53,943 bases of DNA from Deltaproteobacteria bacterium (GTDB lineage: Bacteria; Desulfobacterota; Desulfobacteria; Desulfobacterales; C00003060): assembly GCA_019309815.1 (NCBI GenBank), contig JAFDFO010000005.1:1-53943 (forward strand). Direction: 5' to 3'. Of the stretch, positions 35,390 through 43,544 are shown in pieces; positions within the stretch are counted from its first letter, which is position 1, and each line of letters starts with the position of its first letter. The notes under the pieces were generated by a model that had not been told where the DNA came from, searched no databases, and was given only the letters and a program-made list of their open reading frames with translations. The position numbers and the translations under genes are program-made.

Positions 35390-37551
35390 ACGTGGACCAA
35401 GATAATCCCAAGGGTATTATGCGATTGCTAAGAAGGAACTGGGAGTATTTTGCCCTGGTCTTCTTGTTTCTTTGGATGGTAGCTTCTCTTGCACCTTTGC
35501 CCTTTGTTCAATGTTCAGACGGTTACCATGTCTGGTTACCAAGGCTCTCCTATGCAGTGAGAGAGATGTTAAGCGGGCAAATACCTTTTTGGAACGAATT
35601 CCAGTTCTGTGGAACATTACTGCTGGCGGACGGCAATACTAACATACTCAATCCCATGTCAGTATTTTACGTTTTCTTTAGTTTGGCATGGGCATATACG
35701 TATGGTGTGCTATTGCTGTTGGGTGTTTCAATAGCTGGTTCATGGCTTTATTTTCGGGAAAGAGATTTGTCGAAGACGGCTTCACTGGTTGGAACCCTCG
35801 GATATACTCTGAGTGGTCAGGTTGTTTTTTGGAGCCTTTATCATGGTATGAATCTGTGTTTGGCTCTTTTTCCTCTCACTCTGTTTGCTTTTAGAAGACT
35901 GGAGAAAATAAACGCACAGCGCGACCAACATGACAAGGACCGTGCTGTGAAAATTGGGTGGAGGTTGCTTGCTTTTTTCTTGATGTTCTTTTCTGCTTTA
36001 GGTGGATTCATTCAGTTCGCTTTTATTTCGGCCGCGTCCGTGTTCGTTGAGGGAATTGAGCAATGGTCTGTTGGTGGAGTGAAAAGAGCTCTGAAAAGCA
36101 GGGGGCTCACTGTATTGTTGGCAGTGGCTTCGGCATCGGTCGTCGTTATACCGATAATTGAAGCAAGTATTTTCAGCCATCGCAAACTGGTACCGTATTT
36201 TAAAGGCCTTGTGGCTGATAGATTTTCTTTATGGTCAATGATGTTCTGGGGCAGTTCCTTTGACGGGTGTGACTACCCAAATTACTTCTACTACATTGGC
36301 GTGGTTATCATTGCTCTGTCTGTTTTTGCAATAAGAAAGCATTTCAGGAAAGCAGTTTCCGATCCTTTTATTGTTTATTCATGTATTTTCCCGGCTGTTT
36401 TATTGGCTGTTTACCTGGGAGTTTTGCCAAAGACTTTTCAATTTGGGATCGATTCAGATCCATGGCGTGGGATGTTTGTTTTTGCTTTGGCGTTGTCAAT
36501 ACTTGGGGCAGCCGGGACCGATAAGTATGTCAGGAAGGTAATGAACGAGAAGAGATTAGTGTTACCTCCTTTTGAATTGATACTTGCCGGCCTCATTTCG
36601 CTTGGCATATATGGTGCTACGCCGTATCATCCCGATAAAATGAACATCGGGTTCTTGGGCATATTGATACTCTCAGGCGTTGTTTTGTCCATCGTACTGA
36701 AGAAGGAAGAACCCAGGGTTAAAGCTGTTGTGTCGTGTGTTTGGCTTGTTCTGTTACTGGTTGCCAACAGCTTTGTACCCGCTGGATTGTACCTTGCGCA
36801 TAACGTTATACGTAAACCGGTGGTGGACCCGTGGCAAATAGAAGGGTTGCCGGCTGCAATGCTTTCTGGTGAGGGAAGGTTTTTGACGATAGGGTATTAT
36901 ACTGGAGAGCTCGAAGACTGGGGTATATTCAACAGGATGCGAGCAATAGGTGGTTACGGATCTTTCTTCCCGAGGTCAGTCTTTACGAGAATGAGAGATG
37001 AGGGACTTCTCCCATCCAGCTTCCATGCGGCCACGCATTACCTAAACAATAATAATACTGACCCCAACATCCTTGCTAGGTACGGGGTCTTGTACCTCAT
37101 AGAAAGGAAATCGGCTAATGGCTCAAGGGTCGGTTGGGAACTTGCTAAAGCAGTTCCAGGCGGTGTGATATACATGAACCCAAGATACGTAGGGCGTGCT
37201 TACCTTGTGAATGAAGAGGGCAACATTCTTAAAGGCGCTAGGCTGGTGGAAAATACGAATTCATATGTGAGAATCGTTGTTGAAGCAAATGCAGGTGATA
37301 CACTTGTCCTGGCTGACTCGTGGTTTCCAGGCTGGAGATGTTTTGATAATGGCGAAAGGGTCGAGGGCTTCAATGCTGACGGATTCAGGGGCTATCGAAT
37401 ACAAGCTTCGGGACGTCACGAGATTGAATGGATCTACAGGTCATCATCATTTTTCGTGGGGCTTGTGATTTCTTCGGTCAGCTTCATCGCCTTTTTGGCA
37501 TTGGTTATCTGGGAAGTGCGGTCCAATAAGAAAAGGAGGATTGGTCGGTAG
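35386..37551 (+). CDS. YfhO-like GT-C membrane glycosyltransferase
   Basis: SDGYHVWLPRLSYAVREMLSGQIPFWNEFQFCG first loop. C-terminal ADSWFPGWRCFDNGERVEG...GRHEIEWIY beta-domain and a terminal TM. Start at ATG 35386. Confidence 0.7.
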   Translation: MNVDQDNPKGIMRLLRRNWEYFALVFLFLWMVASLAPLPFVQCSDGYHVWLPRLSYAVREMLSGQIPFWNEFQFCGTLLLADGNTNILNPMSVFYVFFSLAWAYTYGVLLLLGVSIAGSWLYFRERDLSKTASLVGTLGYTLSGQVVFWSLYHGMNLCLALFPLTLFAFRRLEKINAQRDQHDKDRAVKIGWRLLAFFLMFFSALGGFIQFAFISAASVFVEGIEQWSVGGVKRALKSRGLTVLLAVASASVVVIPIIEASIFSHRKLVPYFKGLVADRFSLWSMMFWGSSFDGCDYPNYFYYIGVVIIALSVFAIRKHFRKAVSDPFIVYSCIFPAVLLAVYLGVLPKTFQFGIDSDPWRGMFVFALALSILGAAGTDKYVRKVMNEKRLVLPPFELILAGLISLGIYGATPYHPDKMNIGFLGILILSGVVLSIVLKKEEPRVKAVVSCVWLVLLLVANSFVPAGLYLAHNVIRKPVVDPWQIEGLPAAMLSGEGRFLTIGYYTGELEDWGIFNRMRAIGGYGSFFPRSVFTRMRDEGLLPSSFHAATHYLNNNNTDPNILARYGVLYLIERKSANGSRVGWELAKAVPGGVIYMNPRYVGRAYLVNEEGNILKGARLVENTNSYVRIVVEANAGDTLVLADSWFPGWRCFDNGERVEGFNADGFRGYRIQASGRHEIEWIYRSSSFFVGLVISSVSFIAFLALVIWEVRSNKKRRIGR

Positions 37552-37599
37552 GTGGGATTGGGCCGAAAGTCTCAGAAACACCCTGGCCAAGAAATTTGT

Positions 37600-38352
37600 A
37601 TGTTCAGAGACAGCAAAGTAATCGTGGTCATGCCGGCGTACAATGCGGCCAAGACACTGCGCAAGACCTATGAAGAGGTGATGGCTCAGGAGATAGTGGA
37701 CCTGATCGTTGTGGTTGACGACGGGAGCATGGATGAGACTGTCTCTATTGCCAAGACTTTACAGCACACGATTGTCTACACCCATGACAGGAACAGAGGC
37801 TATGGTGCCAACCAAAAATCATGTTACAAACTGGCCCTGGAACAGGGTGCCGACATTATCATCATGGTCCATCCGGACTATCAATATACCCCGAAGCTGA
37901 TCCCATCCATGGCGGGCATGATCGGAAATGGTCTTCATCCATGTGTGCTGGGTTCCAGAATTCTCGGGGGGTATGCCCTGAAGGGCGGAATGCCTATTTG
38001 GAAATATGTATCGAATCGATTTCTTACCTTTGTCGAAAACATGTTTCTGGGGGCCAAGCTCTCAGAATACCATACGGGATACAGGGCCTTTTCCAGGGAA
38101 CTGATACAGCGCTTACCACTTCAAGTGAATTCTGATGATTTTCTGTTTGACAATCAGATGCTCGCACAGATCCTGTGGTTCGGTTATACGGTTGCCGAGA
38201 TCAGCTGTCCAACCAAGTATACTGCGGAGTCTTCAACGATTAATTTATATCGGAGCATTAAGTATGGTTTTGGATGTTTGTTCACGGGCCTGATATTTCG
38301 TCTCGCTAAAATGAAGATCATGAATTCGAAGTTGTTCCCTGACGCTAGGTAG
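37600..38352 (+). CDS. GT2 glycosyltransferase (CsbB/GtrB-like)
   Basis: VIVVMPAYNAAKTL ... VVVDDGSMDET ... HPDYQY. Start set at ATG 37600. Confidence 0.8.
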   Translation: MFRDSKVIVVMPAYNAAKTLRKTYEEVMAQEIVDLIVVVDDGSMDETVSIAKTLQHTIVYTHDRNRGYGANQKSCYKLALEQGADIIIMVHPDYQYTPKLIPSMAGMIGNGLHPCVLGSRILGGYALKGGMPIWKYVSNRFLTFVENMFLGAKLSEYHTGYRAFSRELIQRLPLQVNSDDFLFDNQMLAQILWFGYTVAEISCPTKYTAESSTINLYRSIKYGFGCLFTGLIFRLAKMKIMNSKLFPDAR

Positions 38353-38555
38353 TTACCCACTCAAGTTTCGCACCCATTGTGTCAAGCTGTTATCCGACAG
38401 AAACTATGATGGAGACCCTCCCACATATCGCGTTTCGGAAAACAACACGACCTCTCAGTTTCACGCTATGCATTGAGGCTAAACGCCTGGCAGTTTTGAA
38501 CTTTGTGCGAAATAGAGGTGCGAAAGTTGGGCAACTTATTTCTGTGAAACAACAC

Positions 38556-41315
38556 TAGGATATGGTTTTTATGAGCATCGACCTGCCGGACAAGACAGAG
38601 AATAACACCGGATGGGCAAAGGCTGGCCGACCTGTGGCCGGACGTTTCTTGTTGATAGAAATTGTGGCGGGTGTATTGGGAATAGGTCTTCTCATATATA
38701 CCTTGCGCTCCTTGTTGGTTTTACACGAAACCGCATTCATCCACGACCACCTTTACTGGGGGTATCCGATTTTCCAATTCTTCGCCGAAAGCATTATCCA
38801 TGGTCATTTCCCCTTATGGAATCCATTCACTCATGGGGGTGAACCTTTTTATCCCATAGTGGTACACCTTCGACTGTTAGAGCCCATTACGTTGTTGACT
38901 ATCTACGTGGGGAAATATCTCGGGATCAATGACCTTGTGTCACTATATAACTGGGTGCACTTTGTTCAGAATATCGTGATGGTGTTCGGGGTCTACATTG
39001 TGTTCCGCACATTGGCTGCGAATATATTCATTCGAGTTTCTTTGATACCCATCTTATTATACTTTTCATTTATGTTCAGTCCGTTCAGGCAGGCTGCTGC
39101 AGTTTATCAGTTTTTGTATGTGCCATACATCATGTATTTTCTTTTGCGCATCACGTACCATAGGGATTATCGTTGGCATAACTGGCTTCTTCTTGCAGCC
39201 CTGATCGGGGTCAACTGGCAATCTTATTATTCCTCCGGGATATGGGTTTTGTTCTTGTTCTTTTCCTTAGGTCTTTTGCTATTTCACAGGGATCTCTTGA
39301 AGCAACTACTAAGGAGCGACAAGTTCATCTTCAAGTTTGCAGTGGCACTGGCAATTGTATGTGCCATGATGCTGCCTAATATCGTTGTTCTGCTGGAAAA
39401 AGATAAATACGTATTCCCCGCAAGGATGAAAGATCCTGGATATCAGGAAAAGACTCCCGTGCAGACGGGAGGGACCCAACAATGGGAAGGGACCGCTTTA
39501 TCTGAAGACCATGGTATTCTAATGCCCTACAGCTTAATAACGCATACGGGCACATTTTCATCCGTCTGGGACTTTGTTCAGACCATCTACCCAGAACCCA
39601 ATCCATTTATCTCAGGCCCCGAAGTTGAGAGTGAATCAGGGTCAGAAGCCTACATGTATATAGGCATGTTGCCCTGGATCATTGCTGTCTTAGGCTTTGT
39701 GATTGGGAGCCACAAACTAAAATCCCTGTGGTTGCTCATTGCCGCGGGATTTGGCCTCTTGATGCTGGGACCCGCCGGCGGTCTGCATAGAATACTTTAT
39801 TATGTTTATCCTCCTCTCTGGTTCACCAGGCATACGCATGGTTTTGTGCTCTTTTTTCTATTTACCGTTTTGTACTTCTACGTTTTAGGGTTTAATCACA
39901 TTTTTTACTCCTGGAACACTTCTCTCTTTCCAACAGATGCTGTCAGAAAGCGCGGTATCCTGAAACTTCTGATCAATGATAAACTTGGCACCCGGCATCT
40001 TCATAGCATCGTAGCATTTATTCTGTTTTCGGGATCCATTGTTTTGCTCGTGTATTGGATGACAAGGCTTCGCTATCCTGAAACGCACTATTTATTTCTT
40101 CTTATCATCTTGCTTGTTATTGTTGGTTTTATTTTTCGAAATGACCTGGGAAAAAGAGGAATATTCGCCAGCTTAGTTGTTGGTCAGATTTGTTTTGTTG
40201 CCGTGTTCTGCAAAGGTGGTAGTACAGAGTTTCTCACAAAAGGCGTTTTACTGCTTGGTGCTCCGGTTGGCCTATTCCTCCTGGTTAAAACACAAGACAC
40301 CTTGCGAAAGAAGAGGTATATCATCGCTCTGTTGTTGATTATGCTTGGGGGAAGCTTTGTGGGCGATTTGCGTGGCCATCTGGCACTGATCTCCTATTTA
40401 TATCGTGGCCAGCAACATCCAAAGGACGCTTTTAACATCAAGACAGATGTGCACGAGCCCGGGTTTAATCAATACAGAAGTGCTGCCCCGTTCTCTCTTC
40501 TTAGCGCAACCCGCGAATCTGTGAGGTACCTTTCGCTAATTTATCGTCAGCCTTATGTGTTCTCCCCGGTTTTGGCAATTGAAGGGAATCCTGAGAGTAA
40601 ACATCCAGAAACTTTAAATGACTTTAGAACAGCTCTCAACTTCAGAAGATGGACCAGTTTCTTGCTACTCAGAAACTACTTTGCACTTATCAACTCCGGC
40701 ATTCCGCCGTTAGCCATGAAAGAAATGTTCTGTGTCGGGAAGCCTGTGTTTCAATTCAAACAAGGCATAATCGCCATGAGAGACAATGAGGTTGCAGCAT
40801 ATCTTAACAAATTAGGTCCCGAGGATGCCATTCAATTGCTGAGCAAATGGGTTCTGATCAACAGAGAAGACGTGGATGCTTCCCTCGCCGGTTTTGAGAT
40901 GTCTCAGATCCAAAGTGAAACAGTGGTCGATAATGTTTCTCCTGCAAAGGGAGACCTGGATGTGAATGGTCAATTTTCGTATTCGGTAAAGAAATATGAA
41001 CCCAACTCATTCAGTATTGACGTGGCTACGGACACACACGGGATCTTGTACTGGTCCGATGGATTCGATGAAGGGTGGCGTGCTTGCGTTGATGGGAAAG
41101 AGGTCCCCATTTATCGTGCCAATGTGAACTTCAAGGCTATTGTGCTCCGGAAAGGGGTCAGTCATATTGACTTCGTTTTTAAGCACGCTCCGTTCAAAAT
41201 GGCATTGCTTGTTTTCTACGGGGTCCTTATACTTGCTATTATATTAGCCATAACAACATGGTTTTATGAAAAAGAAACAAATCTCATTACGAGGAAGGGC
41301 AGGAATGGCTTATAA
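38556..41315 (+). repeat. Inverted duplication, arm B (partner 25953..28627)
   Basis: See arm A. Confidence 0.85.
38571..41315 (+). CDS. YfhO-like GT-C membrane glycosyltransferase, paralogue B (intact)
   Basis: Full-length counterpart of 26243..28612 plus 25953..26246. Start at ATG 38571 matches the start of copy A (MSxDLPDKT), with AGGA 10 nt upstream in both. Confidence 0.75.
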   Translation: MSIDLPDKTENNTGWAKAGRPVAGRFLLIEIVAGVLGIGLLIYTLRSLLVLHETAFIHDHLYWGYPIFQFFAESIIHGHFPLWNPFTHGGEPFYPIVVHLRLLEPITLLTIYVGKYLGINDLVSLYNWVHFVQNIVMVFGVYIVFRTLAANIFIRVSLIPILLYFSFMFSPFRQAAAVYQFLYVPYIMYFLLRITYHRDYRWHNWLLLAALIGVNWQSYYSSGIWVLFLFFSLGLLLFHRDLLKQLLRSDKFIFKFAVALAIVCAMMLPNIVVLLEKDKYVFPARMKDPGYQEKTPVQTGGTQQWEGTALSEDHGILMPYSLITHTGTFSSVWDFVQTIYPEPNPFISGPEVESESGSEAYMYIGMLPWIIAVLGFVIGSHKLKSLWLLIAAGFGLLMLGPAGGLHRILYYVYPPLWFTRHTHGFVLFFLFTVLYFYVLGFNHIFYSWNTSLFPTDAVRKRGILKLLINDKLGTRHLHSIVAFILFSGSIVLLVYWMTRLRYPETHYLFLLIILLVIVGFIFRNDLGKRGIFASLVVGQICFVAVFCKGGSTEFLTKGVLLLGAPVGLFLLVKTQDTLRKKRYIIALLLIMLGGSFVGDLRGHLALISYLYRGQQHPKDAFNIKTDVHEPGFNQYRSAAPFSLLSATRESVRYLSLIYRQPYVFSPVLAIEGNPESKHPETLNDFRTALNFRRWTSFLLLRNYFALINSGIPPLAMKEMFCVGKPVFQFKQGIIAMRDNEVAAYLNKLGPEDAIQLLSKWVLINREDVDASLAGFEMSQIQSETVVDNVSPAKGDLDVNGQFSYSVKKYEPNSFSIDVATDTHGILYWSDGFDEGWRACVDGKEVPIYRANVNFKAIVLRKGVSHIDFVFKHAPFKMALLVFYGVLILAIILAITTWFYEKETNLITRKGRNGL

Positions 41316-41468
41316 GGTATTTCAAGAGAAATCTAATTGCTCGTTTGTTACAGGCGGCGAACTTGCTGTGTAACAGTGAGCGGTGACTCCGGGCGAGAGC
41401 CCGGTGCCTCTCACATACACGCTTTGTGAATACGCAGCTATTTACATAGAAGGGCGTCCTCGATCAGG

Positions 41469-43499
41469 ATGCAAGATCAATCCAACGCACACCGTGTCGT
41501 TATTGCACTAGGCCTTGTCGGGTCGTTACTGGCGTTTTGGCCCGTTCTGACAACGCCATTTCGTAGTGATGAATGGTACATAGCCAACTTTGCTCTACAT
41601 TCTCGACTCTCTGTTGAAACAATAGCTCAGGCCTCTTCTTGGGAGCTCTTTGGTGATCCCAGATTTCAGCCATTTTCCCACCTGCTGCTCTTCCTGATCC
41701 ACAAGGTGTTTGGGGATGCATTTGTTCTGTTTCACCTCTTGAGTTGGATTTCCCACATAGTGGTTGGGCTTCTTATCTACGCCATCGTCCGAGAGCTGCA
41801 TGATGATAAGATGACAGCCTCACTCTGCGCCGTTTTGTTCATCACTGGCTTCAGCCACTTTGATGCGGTAAGTTGGACATATCATCTCTATATTATACAT
41901 CAAGCGATCTGCCTCCTTGTGGGATTCTGGATTGTCCTAAGAGACCCTCTGAAGCTGCGATGGTGGCAGGCACTGGCCGGTGGTATGGTGGTTGGGCTTG
42001 CCTGCTATTTTTACGAGGCAGCAATGGTTATTCCCGCCATGATTATGATCGTCGCGTTCCGCTCGCACTATATGCTGCAAAAGTCAGACTCTGGATCGAA
42101 ATCACGCAATTTGTTTATCTTCGCTCTCTGTGCAGTTGTTCTTTACGGTGGTTTCTTGGGCCTCTACTTGTCTCAAATGGGAGCTGAGGTATCGGGTCGC
42201 GTTGACCCTGGCCTATTCTCGGTAGCGGCCTTAAATACGTTGAAAGGGCTGTGGTGGCAGGGTGTGGTGGGTAACCTGGGGTTTGCTCCTCGACACACCA
42301 TTGGAGATTTGTTTTATCTCCAGGGCAGCGACTTAGGCATTGGGCCGATGTTTGCAATCATACTATTCTTCACCGCTCTCACAATTGGCTTGCGTTCACA
42401 GGGGTTGCAAATCCTCAGGCAAATGAAAAGTCACTGCTATCTGATTCTGATCTTGTTGGCGTGCGCTGTTAGCTATTATGGCATCATCGCCATGGGGCGG
42501 TTTAATCTCTATGTGGTCACGCAATCAAGATACTTTTACCTTCCGGATGTATTTTTGGTGTTGGCCTTTTCTTGGCCCATGGCTGCAGCTTGCTCGGTTC
42601 AGTCTGAAACGCCCGGTCAGAACAGCAAAGGCGGATGGCGTCGTTTTAGCACAGCGTTGATGCGTCCTCAGACCTGGGCAGTGTGTGCCGTCTGTATTGT
42701 GATTGCGCTTAATGGGTATCATGTGTTCAGAATGTGCGGGGAGATTGCGCGGATTGTGAGCCCGGTTAAGGCGTCAATTGATAACGTAAAACGCTTTAAT
42801 GAAATGTCTAGTGTGGAGAAACAATTGTACGTGGATTTTGTGCCACGCAATCTGGATGACAAATTGTTTGGCGGAACGCACATAGCACTTGAGACGTGTT
42901 TTGGCAACGCTGGAATCCTGACCCGTCATATTGGAAAGGCGGAGTACTTGTACAACGAGTCAGATGGTATCGTCCCTAATGCGGCATTTGGATCGCAAAA
43001 GGCCAACGCCAGGGATTTCACTCTTGAGTTCGACTACATGATGTGGGGTGACATAATTACTGTTGTCAATTCTCCTCAAAACACGTTTCGGATTCGTCGG
43101 TTGTCTCCGGCAGAGAACGAGCTTCTTCTTCGCTTGACCTACGTTGGTGAGGGTAGTCCGCAGGAGATCTACGTGGCGGCAAAACACCCCCGGCGCTATG
43201 TTTCTCATGTGGTGGTTCAGAAGCAGGGCGACCATGTATATGTGGTTGAAGAAGGCCGGTTGATTGCTGTCAAACCGGTCGGCCAGGGGGAAGTATTGTG
43301 GGATGATGACATGCTATTCTTGGGGGCGCGGGTGGTGTTTCCCCCTCAGTACTGCTACCTGGAAAATTTTTTCGCGTGTGTAGGAAAAGCAAAGTATGAC
43401 ATAGAAGGGATGGACGTGGGAGACGTCATTCCTGGTAGTGCTTTGCGGGCGCCCATACCTGCTCTCAATTCGGATCCTCTCTACTGGAGATTCGACTAA
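41469..43499 (+). CDS. Polytopic membrane protein, probable GT-C glycosyltransferase with a soluble C-terminal domain
   Basis: 676 aa. First-loop FRSDEWYI (acidic motif), about 11 TM segments and a roughly 250-aa C-terminal domain. Confidence 0.55.
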   Translation: MQDQSNAHRVVIALGLVGSLLAFWPVLTTPFRSDEWYIANFALHSRLSVETIAQASSWELFGDPRFQPFSHLLLFLIHKVFGDAFVLFHLLSWISHIVVGLLIYAIVRELHDDKMTASLCAVLFITGFSHFDAVSWTYHLYIIHQAICLLVGFWIVLRDPLKLRWWQALAGGMVVGLACYFYEAAMVIPAMIMIVAFRSHYMLQKSDSGSKSRNLFIFALCAVVLYGGFLGLYLSQMGAEVSGRVDPGLFSVAALNTLKGLWWQGVVGNLGFAPRHTIGDLFYLQGSDLGIGPMFAIILFFTALTIGLRSQGLQILRQMKSHCYLILILLACAVSYYGIIAMGRFNLYVVTQSRYFYLPDVFLVLAFSWPMAAACSVQSETPGQNSKGGWRRFSTALMRPQTWAVCAVCIVIALNGYHVFRMCGEIARIVSPVKASIDNVKRFNEMSSVEKQLYVDFVPRNLDDKLFGGTHIALETCFGNAGILTRHIGKAEYLYNESDGIVPNAAFGSQKANARDFTLEFDYMMWGDIITVVNSPQNTFRIRRLSPAENELLLRLTYVGEGSPQEIYVAAKHPRRYVSHVVVQKQGDHVYVVEEGRLIAVKPVGQGEVLWDDDMLFLGARVVFPPQYCYLENFFACVGKAKYDIEGMDVGDVIPGSALRAPIPALNSDPLYWRFD

Positions 43500-43544
43500 C
43501 AGCACTTGCTGGGCAAGCCCCTCTCTCCTCTTTTGTGTTGTTTC

